NCBI GenBank assembly: GCA_963664405.1 | Contig: OY761158.1 | Coordinates: 5,088,001 to 5,152,000 of the forward strand | Reading direction: 5' to 3' | DNA length: 64,000 bases | Source of the DNA: Thermoanaerobaculia bacterium | GTDB lineage: Bacteria; Acidobacteriota; Thermoanaerobaculia; Multivoradales; Multivoraceae | Part shown: positions 29,279-39,800 of the stretch, in pieces | How positions within the stretch are numbered: the stretch's first letter is position 1 | Layout of the letters: the number at the start of each line of letters is the position of its first letter | Made by a program: the position numbers and the translations under genes | Notes under the pieces: generated by a model | What the model was told of the DNA's origin: nothing | Database searches by the model: none | What the model saw: the letters and a program-made list of their open reading frames with translations, nothing else

Positions 29279-31419
29279 GACTCAGGCCTCTGCTCCTTAT
29301 GCTCTTCTTCTTCTCGGGTTTTGCGGCTCTCGTGTACGAAGTCATGTTCACGCACGGCTTGATCCTCATCGTGGGGGGAAGCGTCTTCGCCTACACCATC
29401 ATCTTGACCACCTTCCTCACCGGCATGGGGTTCGGAAGTCTGCTGGCAAAGAGATTCGTGAGCACGGATCTCGCCACGCTCTTCGCCTACGTCGAGCTCG
29501 GGATCGGCACCTTCGGCCTTCTTTTCGTTCCCATCGTCAACAACCTTGACCTCGCCTACCTTCAGATACACCTCGGCTCGAAGGGCAATTTTCTCACCTT
29601 CTATCTGCTTCTTCTCCTCCTGCTCTACACCGTTCTCCTCGCGCCGACGGTGCTGATGGGCATGACCTTCCCCATCGTGGCCCGCATGCTCACGCGCCTA
29701 GAGAACGTCGGTACCGACGTCGGAGCCGTGTTTTCCTTCAACACTCTCGGAGGTATGGTGGGCGCCTTCGTTGGTGGCTTCCTTCTGCTGCCCGGGATCG
29801 GGCTCGAGAAGTCGATCGTTGTGGCCGCCTCGGTCAACCTGCTCATCTCGGTCGTGATCTTCGTCCGCGCCGCAAAGGGCGCCGCCATCCCCTACTACGT
29901 CGCTCTCGGCGTGGTCCTTGTTCTGGGGGCGCGGCTCTTCGACACCCAGATCGACCCCTATCGTCTCGGCGTTTACCACCGACATGGGGAGTTCGAGAGC
30001 GTAGACGACTACAGACTGGCCGTCGCGAAAGACCGAGAGAACGCGGCCATCACCTTCTCAGACTACGGACTCTATGGGTCGGTCATCGTCAAAGAGGGCA
30101 CGCATAAGGTGCTGATGATCAACGGCAAAGTCGATGCCGGTACCGGGCTCGATGTGCCGACCGAGCTGCTCCTGGGGTACATCCCCGCCCTGATGCACCC
30201 GGACCCTAAGGACGTGGCCATCATCGGCCTCGGCAGCGGAATCACCCTCGCCGCGGTGGAGAGATTCCCGGTGGAGCACATCGACATGCTCGAGCTCAAC
30301 CCCACCGTCGTCGAAGCCGCCGAGCTCTTCCGTGAAGAGAACCGAGCGTCCCTCGACGATGAGAGGGTCGAGCTCACCGTCGGCGACGCGAGAGACTTTC
30401 TGGCGACCACGGATCGGGTCTACGACATCGTCATCTCCGAGCCTTCGAATCCCTGGATCGAGGGCGAAGTCTTTCTCTTCACCCGGGAGTTCTACGCTGT
30501 CGTGGCAGAGCATCTCGAGCCGGGAGGACTCTTCCTGCAATGGATCGGCGCCTACGACTTCAACCCCGAGGATCTGAAAGTCTCGCTCGCCACCGTCAAA
30601 ACCGCCTTCCGCCACGTTCAGGTGTGGGCGGAAGCAAGGGGCGTGGACTTCTTCATCCTCGCCTCCAAGGAACCGATCGTGGGGAGCTACACCAAGATCG
30701 CGACTGCGCTGCAAGACCCGGTGATCGCGTCGGATATGAGCAACATCGCCCTGATCTCGAACCGCAAGCCGCTGAGCGGAGCCGACCTATTCTTCTCGTT
30801 CTTCGTCGCCGCCGACGAGGCCGTCGACTCCTATGTCGTCGGATCGCCGATCAACACCGACAACCGCCCGATCATCGAGTTCAGGACGGCAAAGAATCGA
30901 GTGCGGCGCACCAAGAGCAACCTAGGGGCGCTCCTTGCGCATCTCAGCGCAGGAGGGGTGACGACCGAGATCTCACCTCCCGTCACCGACCAAATCTCGG
31001 GGGACGAGCTGTCTTTCCTCGGGCTGCACGCGAAGATCGACATGCCTCCGGCGGAGATCAAATACGAGTATCAATTCACTACTCGCGGAGAGGACCCCTA
31101 CAACCTGTTCCTCTCCCTCGACCTGGCGAAGTACGTCATTTTCCGCGACGAAGCCGGCTTGCTGGTCGTTCGTGCGCATCCGCGAGAAACAGAGCCGCCC
31201 GCCGAGGAGTTCGCCGGAATCGCAGACTCTCTCGACTCGAATCTTGTGGGCACGATCGAAGTCGATGGGCGAACGAGGTACCTGAGCCAGGGCGAGACCA
31301 TCACCGCACTGCTCTGGCACTGTAACCAGCATATCTACGTGACCTACTTCGAGTACCCGCGCGGCGGAGCGCTCCCGTCGATGGTTGACACCCTCGGAGG
31401 TATTCGCTGCGTTGACTGA
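29275..31419 (+). CDS. Membrane-anchored spermidine-synthase-like SAM-binding protein
   Basis: FFSGFAALVYEV, MGMTFP, FNTLGG; INGKVDA, IIGLGSGIT, GDAR, YDIVISEPSNPW, LFTREFY, NTDNRPIIEF. Confidence 0.85.
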   Translation: MRLRPLLLMLFFFSGFAALVYEVMFTHGLILIVGGSVFAYTIILTTFLTGMGFGSLLAKRFVSTDLATLFAYVELGIGTFGLLFVPIVNNLDLAYLQIHLGSKGNFLTFYLLLLLLLYTVLLAPTVLMGMTFPIVARMLTRLENVGTDVGAVFSFNTLGGMVGAFVGGFLLLPGIGLEKSIVVAASVNLLISVVIFVRAAKGAAIPYYVALGVVLVLGARLFDTQIDPYRLGVYHRHGEFESVDDYRLAVAKDRENAAITFSDYGLYGSVIVKEGTHKVLMINGKVDAGTGLDVPTELLLGYIPALMHPDPKDVAIIGLGSGITLAAVERFPVEHIDMLELNPTVVEAAELFREENRASLDDERVELTVGDARDFLATTDRVYDIVISEPSNPWIEGEVFLFTREFYAVVAEHLEPGGLFLQWIGAYDFNPEDLKVSLATVKTAFRHVQVWAEARGVDFFILASKEPIVGSYTKIATALQDPVIASDMSNIALISNRKPLSGADLFFSFFVAADEAVDSYVVGSPINTDNRPIIEFRTAKNRVRRTKSNLGALLAHLSAGGVTTEISPPVTDQISGDELSFLGLHAKIDMPPAEIKYEYQFTTRGEDPYNLFLSLDLAKYVIFRDEAGLLVVRAHPRETEPPAEEFAGIADSLDSNLVGTIEVDGRTRYLSQGETITALLWHCNQHIYVTYFEYPRGGALPSMVDTLGGIRCVD

Positions 31420-31520
31420 GCCCGCGCGGCCTCGGCCGTCAGACCGGGAAGTCCGCCGGGTCGATTCGAAGCGGTTGCCGGCGTCCGGCGCTTCTCGGTT
31501 CGCGAGCGTTCGAGGCGGAC

Positions 31521-32312
31521 TCAGACCGGCTTTCTGGCCAGGAAGGCGTAGCCGAAGACCTCGAACTGCCTGGCCTTGTCTTCGCCACCGGCTCCGCCGA
31601 AGGTGTCCACCGGAGGGCCGATCTCGATGTCGACAAAACCGCGCTCCTCGAGCAATCTCTGCCAGCCTGCACACGGCAGGCCGCCGGCGATTCAGGCGGT
31701 CCAGAGGTCAATGTCGCGGATGGCGGCCTCCGGCACCTCGGCTCCGTTGGCGATGTCGGCGAACTGGAGGGTACCTCCAGGTCGAAGCACTCGCCAGATC
31801 TCGGCGAAGATATGAGTCTTGTCGGCACATAGGTTGAAGACGCCGTTGCTGATGACGACGTCGGCCCATTCGTCGGTGACCGGAAGATCTTCGAGCAGGC
31901 CTTCGAGAAACTCGACGTGCTCGAGCTCCATCTGCTTTGCGGTGGTGCGAGACTTTGCCAGCATCTCCTCGGTCATGTCGATGCCGGCGACCTGCCCGCC
32001 GGGGCCGACCTGGCCCGCGGCGATGAAACTGTCGAAGCCGGCTCCGGAGCCGAGATCGACAACCCGCTCGCCTTTGGCCAAGCGGCGGAGGGCAAAGGGG
32101 TTGGCCACGCCCGCGAAGCTCTCGACAGCGACGTCGGGGAGCGAGTCCACGGTCGCCTGGTCGTAGCCAAGCCTGGCGGCGAGGGGTCGGCCGGTGTGAA
32201 AGTGGTAGGTCGCGTTGGGCTCGACCGCCACCTCGCGGTACTTCTGCTTGACCTGGTCCCGCAGTGCCTCCGCGTCGACCATGATCTCCTGCTCGAGGTT
32301 GGATGTGCTCAT
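31521..32312 (-). CDS. ArsM-like SAM methyltransferase, probable selenoprotein (UGA at 31692-31694)
   Basis: SFAGVANP, VVDLGSGAGFD, GIDMT, DVVISNGVFNL; reads on as LWTA-U-IAGGL..GFVDIEIG for 56 more codons to TGA at 31521. Confidence 0.82.
31661..31688 (-). promoter_or_regulatory. Putative bacterial SECIS hairpin
   Basis: mRNA GCCG-GCG-GCCUGC-CGUGU-GCAGGC-UGGC; the upper stem starts 10 nt after the UGA. Confidence 0.6.
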
Positions 32313-32360
32313 GATGCGGTTCACGCTACCGCACTGCGCGAGCTCTCGAAGCACGGCGCG

Positions 32361-32527
32361 CTAGTGTCCCGTGTGGGAAGTTCGTTGACCACCGAGAGCG
32401 TCGAGGCGCCCGCTGGGCAAGGCGCTCCGAGGCAGGCATAGCTGGGACTCTGTCGACGAGGAGCAACGCCGCCCAGCGGGATGCATCGGCGCTCGAATGG
32501 CAACGAACTTTCCGCACGGGACACTAG
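32361..32527. mobile_element. 167-nt palindromic MITE-like element
   Basis: Terminal inverted repeats CTAGTGTCCCGTGTGGGAAGTTCGTTG / CAACGAACTTTCCGCACGGGACACTAG (25/27); internal CCCGCTGGGC/GCCCAGCGGG stem. Confidence 0.75.
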
Positions 32528-33486
32528 GCCGTGGCTTCGATCGGTGGCGGCGGGGGAGGATCCTCGGAGGGCGGGCCTGCGGGCGCCTCCGCCGGCACCA
32601 GGTCGCCGTCGAACTGAGCAAGAAACTCGAGAGTGAAGCTGCGGTAAAAGACCGAGATCGGTAGCAGGACCACCGAGTTGATGTAGGGGATCATCAGCAG
32701 CAGGAAGCCGAGACAGCAGGTCATGCACCCGAAAGTGAAGACGAGGATCACGACCCCCACGCCGAGAACAAGCGCCAGCAGCCCGCACAGAATGAACGCC
32801 AGAGCGTTGTGCCGGAGCAGGTCGAAGAACTGGCGCCAACCGTCGAGGACTCCGAGGCCGTAGCGGTGCATCAAAGGTACGACGAAGGCGTCGAGGAAGA
32901 AAATGGCGTAGAAGATGGCGAGGATGAGCGCGACGAAGCTGCTGATCGCGAGGGCGACGATCGCGATCGAGGCGGTGGTGTCGACCTTGTCCCAGAAACT
33001 GAAGCCGACCGTACCCGCGATGGCGAGGCCGGTGCTGCCGATCAGGATGATGCAGCCCAGAAAAAAGAGGATTCGGAAGAAGAAGAGGGAGTTCCCCTGC
33101 ATGCGAAACCGCTTCCACGGATCGACAACCAACGCTCGGTTGAAGAGGACATTGTCGAGAAACATGAATTTACCGCGAGAGCTGACCCAGAGCGCGGCGA
33201 CGACAAGGGCGATCAGAATGACGCAGCCGAGAGCGACGAGGGTGATCCACAGGCTGTTGCCGACGATGGTTTCCCAAAGGTTGGCGAGGCCATCGCCGTT
33301 GCTCTTGTCTCCCGACGAGGGGCCGGCGCTCGAGCCTCCTCCGCCTCCGCCGCTGGCGAGCCCGGCGAGCCATGCCGTAAACCCGAGGACGAACCACTTC
33401 TTGATACTGAAGGGCCGAAACAAGGCGTCGGTCATGCGCTTCCAGGCGCGTGACAGTGGCTCGGAGAAGGAGAACTCAGTCGTCAT
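32524..33486 (-). CDS. Uncharacterised multi-pass membrane protein
   Basis: LFRPFSIKKWFVLGFTAWLA, WVSSRGKFMF, several TM segments, Pro-rich tail; family name not certain. Confidence 0.75.
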   Translation of the reverse strand: MTTEFSFSEPLSRAWKRMTDALFRPFSIKKWFVLGFTAWLAGLASGGGGGGSSAGPSSGDKSNGDGLANLWETIVGNSLWITLVALGCVILIALVVAALWVSSRGKFMFLDNVLFNRALVVDPWKRFRMQGNSLFFFRILFFLGCIILIGSTGLAIAGTVGFSFWDKVDTTASIAIVALAISSFVALILAIFYAIFFLDAFVVPLMHRYGLGVLDGWRQFFDLLRHNALAFILCGLLALVLGVGVVILVFTFGCMTCCLGFLLLMIPYINSVVLLPISVFYRSFTLEFLAQFDGDLVPAEAPAGPPSEDPPPPPPIEATA

Positions 33487-33529
33487 GGGCGTCCTCGGTC
33501 TTATTGCGCATCGGTCTACTGACTATTCA

Positions 33530-33554
33530 TACGTAACCGACGGCCTCTTGTTCG
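33530..33554 (-). promoter_or_regulatory. SigW/SigE-like ECF promoter
   Basis: CGAAC-N16-CGTA upstream of the membrane protein. Confidence 0.45.
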
Positions 33555-33581
33555 ATGCCTGCGCTCCCGGCCCCGGAGGGT

Positions 33582-34748
33582 TCAATCCTTTGCCACGAAG
33601 CGAATGCAGATCGGCGCCGGCATTTCTATCTTGGTGCCCGTGGCCGTCAACCTGCCTGTCTTCGGCTCGATTCGAAAGACGAAGACGTCGTTCGATCTTT
33701 GGTTCGCCGCCAGCAGATACTTTCCGCTGGGTCCGATACGGAAATTCCGCGGCCAATCGCCCCCGGTCTTGACCCGTTCGACTTCGGTCAAGAGACCGCT
33801 CGACTCCTCGAGCGCGAATACGGTCAAGCTGTTGTCGCCCCTGTTGGAGCCGTAGAGAACCCGGCCGTTGGGGTGGACCAGAACTTCAGCGGTCGTACTC
33901 TTTGGACCGGAATAGTCCGGGGGCAGCGTCGTAATCGTCTGGATGTGCCTCAGGTCCCCCGTGGCACCGAGGTATTCGAGAGCGGTGACCGTCGAGCCGA
34001 GCTCGTTGATGGCATAGGCCCAGCGTCCGTTGGGGTGAAAGGTGAAGTGTCGCGGGCCGGAGCCGGGGGCCATCATGACTTTGACGTCGTGATTACGTTT
34101 CAACTCGGCGGTGGCGGGATTGATCCGATAGACCACGAGCTCGTCGGTCCCCAGGTCGGGAACCACCACCCACTTGTCGTTGGGGCTGAAGTTCGAGGAA
34201 TGGGGATGGGGCTCCCCCTGGCGGTCAGGGTTGATGCTCGATCCCACATGCTGCTCTTTTGAAACCAGCCTGCCCAGACGTCCGTCCGATTCGAGGGTCA
34301 TGGAGACGACGTTGCCGTCGAAGTAGTTGGCGGCGACGAGGGCTCTGCCACGACTGTCGACGGCAACGTGGGCCGCACCGACTCCGGTGGTCGCGACGCG
34401 GTTCAATCTCCGCAGCGAGCCATCCTCTCTGTCGATCGTGTAGGCGTGGGCAAACCCTGTCGGTCGATCGCCGTCGCTCTCCTCTCGGCCGACTGCATAG
34501 AGGAATCGCTCACTGGGATGGATGGCCAGGAACCCTGGACGTCCGACCTTTGCGACCTGCCGCGGCGCCGACAGCATCCCGGTTTCGGTGTCGAAGGACG
34601 ACACGTAGATGTGCTCGGCGCTGGTGCCGAAGTAGACCCAATAGTCTTTAGCGCTGAGCGCCTGCGTCACGAGCAAGCCAAGGAGCCAACATCCCAGGAG
34701 GAGAGCGGTCCGCAGAGACCTCGATCGCGGCCTTTCGAGGTCATTCAC
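33582..34748 (-). CDS. Secreted lactonase (6-phosphogluconolactonase-like 7-bladed propeller)
   Basis: ANY, PHPHS, DLGTD, GSGPRHFTFHP, INEL, SNRG, WPRNF. Confidence 0.9.
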   Translation of the reverse strand: MNDLERPRSRSLRTALLLGCWLLGLLVTQALSAKDYWVYFGTSAEHIYVSSFDTETGMLSAPRQVAKVGRPGFLAIHPSERFLYAVGREESDGDRPTGFAHAYTIDREDGSLRRLNRVATTGVGAAHVAVDSRGRALVAANYFDGNVVSMTLESDGRLGRLVSKEQHVGSSINPDRQGEPHPHSSNFSPNDKWVVVPDLGTDELVVYRINPATAELKRNHDVKVMMAPGSGPRHFTFHPNGRWAYAINELGSTVTALEYLGATGDLRHIQTITTLPPDYSGPKSTTAEVLVHPNGRVLYGSNRGDNSLTVFALEESSGLLTEVERVKTGGDWPRNFRIGPSGKYLLAANQRSNDVFVFRIEPKTGRLTATGTKIEMPAPICIRFVAKD

Positions 34749-35145
34749 CCTTGATCACGAGACCCATCACCGCGCCTCCCAGAACCGAGGCGATGATATC
34801 CATCCCGCCATGGCACCAGGCCAGGTAGTAGGGGAAGCCGTTGTACACCAGAGCGTCATAGAAGTTGAGGAAGAAGGGGACTAGACCGGCGATGAGGCCG
34901 AAGGTCGCACCGCCCGCCAGGCCCGCCGCCCACGATCCGCGGGTTTTGGCGAAGAGGATCGCGAGGGCGATGCCGATCGCGATCGAGACGACGAAGAACC
35001 AGGCGACGCCACTACCGGTTTGGTCAAAGAGGTCGGGAAGACCGGTGTAGGCCGACCCCATGATGACGCCGTGCATCACGAAGTTGGCGATGTTCATAAC
35101 GACGCCGGCAATCACGCCGGCGAGAAGAGTCTTCGACCAGTTCAT
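34741..35145 (-). CDS. Small 4-TM membrane protein
   Basis: Hydrophobic ORF with GGGAGGA RBS, overlapping the lactonase start. Confidence 0.7.
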   Translation of the reverse strand: MNWSKTLLAGVIAGVVMNIANFVMHGVIMGSAYTGLPDLFDQTGSGVAWFFVVSIAIGIALAILFAKTRGSWAAGLAGGATFGLIAGLVPFFLNFYDALVYNGFPYYLAWCHGGMDIIASVLGGAVMGLVIKGE

Positions 35146-35205
35146 GGCGATCCTCCCGAGACCAAGTCAGAGTTGTGGGGGCCCGGCTAGTATACGCTGC
35201 CGCCC

Positions 35206-36819
35206 ATGAGTGACAGCGATGGCGCTTCGACGCCGGAAGCGGCGCCCGCGGCCATCGGGGCTGGCGTTACCAGCTACTCGTGGTACGCGCTCTCGATCCT
35301 GGTCGTCTGCAAGCTCTTCAACTACCTCGACCGCAACATCCTGTCGATCCTCGCCGAGGAGCTGAAGCTGGATCTGGGTCTGTCCGATGCCCAGATCGGC
35401 TTCCTCTACGGCACTGCCTTCGCCGTCTTCTTCGCCGTCTTCGGCATTCCCTTCGGACGCTTGGCTGACGCCTGGGTGCGCAAGAACCTCATCGCCTGGG
35501 GTCTGATGTCCTGGAGCTTGATGACGGCCCTCAGCGGAACGGCACGCAGCTTCGGGTCGTTGGCGGCGTACCGCATCGGAGTCGGGGTTGGAGAGTCGAC
35601 CCTGGCGCCTTCGGCCTACTCGATGCTCGTCGACCTCTTTCCCGCGCGACTGCGGGCGACGGCCCTGGCGCTCTACTCGAGCGGCACAACCATAGGCGCC
35701 GGTGTTGGGTTCTTTCTTGGCGGTTGGATTCTCGACACCTGGAATAGCTCCTTTCCGGATGGCTCAGCCCCCTTCGGCCTCCGGGCCTGGCAGGCAGCCT
35801 ACCTCTTGGTCGGCCTTCCGGGTGTGCTGATGGCGATGTGGGTGTTCACCCTCAGAGAGCCGGTGAGAGGACAACAGGATCCAGTGCTCGCCAAACCGAT
35901 GGATACGGTTCATCCTTGGCGCGAGTTCGCGACGGTCATTCCACCGCTGACCCTGTTCAATGTTTGGCGCGCTGGCGCCGGCGCCAAGGGGCTCGCGATC
36001 AACCTGGCGGTCGCCTCCGGCCTCAGTGTCACCGCATGGCAGATGACGGCCCGCCTCGGCGAGCCGGCGCAGTGGTGGGCTCTCGGCCTCGGACTCTACG
36101 CCGGCTTCTCGTGGGCGCAGGCTCTGCGCCTCCGCGATCCGGAGACCTTCCGTTGCATCTTCCTCAACCGCGCCTATCTGAGCGCCACCATCGGCTTCGC
36201 GGGACTCGCCTTTGTCACCAATGGTCTCGCCTTCTGGACCGCACCCTTCTTACTCCGCTCCTACGACACCACTCCGACGCGGGTGGGGTTGATGATGGCG
36301 GTCGGCTCGATCGTCGGCGGGTTCATCGGCATGTTCGTCGGCGGTGTCCTCTCCGACCGCCTCAAGGCTCGTCGGCCCACCGGTCGGGTCGACATGGGTT
36401 TGCTCTCCGCCGCCCTCGGTGTGCCTCTCTACATCTTGATGGTCCATGCCCCCAGCCTCGAGGCCGCCTTCGTCTATTTCATGCTGATGATCGCTTCGGC
36501 TTCGATCTGGCTGGGCCCTGGAGCGGCCAGCTCCACCGAGCTGGTACCCGCCGAGATGCGATCGACGGCGGCTGCGGTCTATCTCTATGTCGCTCTCTAT
36601 CTCGGTTTCGGATCGGGTCCGTACACGGTCGGCAAGGTGAGCGACTTGTTGGCGGCGGCCGGCCAGACGCCCGCCGAGTCGCTGGGTAATGCCATGCTTC
36701 TGAGCCTGCTCTTTTGGATCCTACCGGTGACCTTGCTATGGCGGTCTCGAAAACTGATCGGACCGGCCGAGGCCGCCCTGGCAGCGATGAATCGACCCGA
36801 TGAGTCGCAATCGCCATGA
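35206..36819 (+). CDS. Spinster-like MFS transporter
   Basis: NYLDRNILSIL, DLGLSDAQIG, GRLAD, RIGVGVGE, WQAAYLLVGLPG, REPVRG. Confidence 0.9.
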   Translation: MSDSDGASTPEAAPAAIGAGVTSYSWYALSILVVCKLFNYLDRNILSILAEELKLDLGLSDAQIGFLYGTAFAVFFAVFGIPFGRLADAWVRKNLIAWGLMSWSLMTALSGTARSFGSLAAYRIGVGVGESTLAPSAYSMLVDLFPARLRATALALYSSGTTIGAGVGFFLGGWILDTWNSSFPDGSAPFGLRAWQAAYLLVGLPGVLMAMWVFTLREPVRGQQDPVLAKPMDTVHPWREFATVIPPLTLFNVWRAGAGAKGLAINLAVASGLSVTAWQMTARLGEPAQWWALGLGLYAGFSWAQALRLRDPETFRCIFLNRAYLSATIGFAGLAFVTNGLAFWTAPFLLRSYDTTPTRVGLMMAVGSIVGGFIGMFVGGVLSDRLKARRPTGRVDMGLLSAALGVPLYILMVHAPSLEAAFVYFMLMIASASIWLGPGAASSTELVPAEMRSTAAAVYLYVALYLGFGSGPYTVGKVSDLLAAAGQTPAESLGNAMLLSLLFWILPVTLLWRSRKLIGPAEAALAAMNRPDESQSP

Positions 36820-36835
36820 TCGGAATCGGGGTCCC

Positions 36836-39800
36836 GTGAGCGCTCTCGACGATCTACATGTGCTCGACCTGACGACCTCGATGGCCGGTGCCTGGTGCAC
36901 TCGCCTGCTCGCCGATCTCGGCGCCGATGTCGTCTTGGTCGAGCCGCCGGCGGGGCATCCACTGCGCCGGCTGCGACCGCTGACGGCCGACGGCTCGAGC
37001 ATTCCCGCGCGCTACGTGCAGGCCAATAAGCGATCGTTGGCGGCCGACCTGGAGACCGATGACGGACGTCGAAGGGTGGCGTCAGTGGCGGCGACGAGCG
37101 ATGTCGTCGTCGACAGCCACTCGCCGGGGGAGCTCGCCCGCTTCGGGCTCGACTTCGAGACCCTGGAGCGGCAGCGGCCGGGTATCGTCGTCGCTTCGAT
37201 CACGCCGCATGGGCAGAGCGGCGAGCGACAGCGCCACGCCGGCAACGAGCTGACAGCCTTCGCACTCTCCGGTTGGGCGTCGATTAACGGCCGGGCCGAG
37301 GGTCCGCCGTTGAAGGGTGGTGGCCACCTGGGCTCGTACCTCGCCGGTACCGCCGCCTGCGGCGCTGTACTGGCGGCGCTGTGGGCGCGCGACGAGCGCG
37401 GCATTGGGCAAACCATCGATCTAGCCGAGACCGAGCTCCTCTTGGAGATGTTTGCTCCTGGTGTGCTGTCGGCGCTGCACAGCGGCCTGCAGTCGCGCGG
37501 GGGCAGACGGGATCTTCACGGCGGGGCGATGCTGAAAACCAAAGACGGCCACTTCGCCTTCTCTTTGACCCGTGGAGCACGCTGGGCGGAGGCGCTGGTG
37601 GCTCTCGGCCTCGAAGAGCTGGCTGCCGACGAGCGCTTCGGCTCCGAGGAGGGGCGCACCAGCGCCGACTTCATCGCCGCGGTCGAGGCCCGGGTCGCGG
37701 AGCTCGACAAAATGGAGATGTTCGAGAAGCTGGCGCCCGTGCGCACCGCCGGGGGGCCGGTCCTGAACCTAGCCGAGCTCGCCTCCAACGAGCATCTGCG
37801 GGCGAGGTGCTTCTTCGTGCGACCTGACGACAACGAAGACGGGCCCGAGTTTCCCGGCGCTCCTTTTCGCATGCCGCACTCACCTTGGCGTCTGCGGCGC
37901 TCCGCGCCGGCGCCGGGCGAGCACAGTGAAGAGGTGTTGGCGGAGCTCGAGGGGCGGGAGATGCGGTTGCCCAACGCATCGTCGCCGGCGGCTGAGCCCG
38001 TCTCGGACGACGCTCCGCCGCTGGCCGGCCTGCGCGTGATCGCCTTCACCCACGCCTGGGTGGGGCCCTTCTGCGCCGAGCTGCTGGCCCTGAACGGCGC
38101 CGACGTCGTCCAGGTCGAGTCGCGGCAGCGGCCGGATGAGTTCCGAGCCGGCATCTTCGAGGGCGAAGTGCCGCCCAAGCTGAGAGATGTGACGAGCGCG
38201 GTCAATTCGTGGAACTGCCAGCCGCAGTACAACGCCGTCAATCTCAACAAGCGTGCGATCACTCTCGATCTCAAGACGCCGGAGGGTGCCGATCTCTTAC
38301 AGCGCCTGGTCGCGGAGGCGGATGTCGTGGTCGAAAACTTCTCGGTGCGAGTGAAAGAGCGCCTCGGCATCGGCTACGAGGCGCTGCGTTGCACGAATCC
38401 CGACCTGGTGATGGTGAGCATCAGCGGCTATGGCCAGACCGGTCCGTGGCGGGAGCGCCTCGCCGGTGGCGGCCAGATTGAGGCGAGCTGCGGCATGTCG
38501 TCGCTGATGGGAGATGCCGAGGAGCCGATGAATTACAGCCGCACGATCGCAGATCCGACGGCCGGCTACTACGCCTTCGTGGCGGTGCTCGCCGCACTGC
38601 GCCATCGCCGGCGAACAGGGGAGGGGCAGCACGTCGACCTGGCGATGCAGGAGGCAAACCACTGTTGTGTCGGCGATGCCATGCTCGAGTACTTCGAGAC
38701 CGGCCGGGTGCGCGAGCGCATGGGCAACCGGCATCTGAGCTTCGCGCCACACGGCGTCTATCCGGCGCGGGGTGAGGAGCGCTGGGTGGCACTGGCGGCG
38801 GAGAACGAGGCGCAGTGGCGGGAGCTGTGTAGGATCGCGAAGCGGCCGCGGTGGCTGGAAGACCCTCGCTTCCTCGGCAACGGCGGGCGCAAGCATAACG
38901 AAGACGCCCTCGACGAGGCGATTGCCGAGTGGACGGTGACGCGAGGGCGAGACCGGCTGGCGCAGGAGCTAGCCGGTGCCGGGCTGCCGGCGGCGCCGGT
39001 TCTCGACGCCGTCGAGGTCTCGGCCGACACGGTCTTCCGGCAGCGAGGCGTCGTCGCCGACGTGGCTCACCCGGAGACCGGAAGCTGGCCCCAGGTCGGG
39101 ATCCCGTACCATTACTCGCGGACGCCGATTTGGGTCGACCGCCCGGCGCCGCTGCACGGCGAGCATTCGGCCGAGGTCTTCGCGGAGTGGGTGGGAATGG
39201 AGGAAGCAGCCTACCGGGAGCTGGAGGCGAAGGGAGTTACGGGAATGGGACCCCCGGAGGGGTGGAGAAGAGTGGTCTTCGAGGGTCGGTGGCGGAGGAT
39301 CGACTACAGTCGCCCGATCGCCAACGTTTCGATCCACGACGACGCCAAGGCGAGGGAGTACGGGTTTAGTCGCGGCTTCGGCTTCGGCGACGCGGCGATC
39401 GACGCCGTCATGCCGGCGATACTCTCCCGCTACGGTGCGCCGTGGCTGGAGGGCGGGTGGTTCGATCTCAAGCTGGTCGGTCCTCTCTACGGCGACGAGG
39501 AGGTGCGGGAGGTCGCCTACAGCGACGATCGCGAGAACGAGGCTCTGACCCTCGAGCTCGTCACCCGCGACGGACGGTTGATCTGCGTCGGTCACGCCGG
39601 GCTGGGCGTCAACCCACCCTGGGATGGATTGGAGGTCTCGCCGCAGAGCTCGGAGATCTTTCCTCAGGCTCGGCTCGGCCACAAGACCGAGGAGACAGAC
39701 TTCGCAATCCGCCGGGAGGACTACCTGGCTCTGCTCGATGCCTCCGGCAACGACTCAGCTTGGTTCCGTGAGGCCTCTCCCTGGGGCGACCCGGTGGCTC

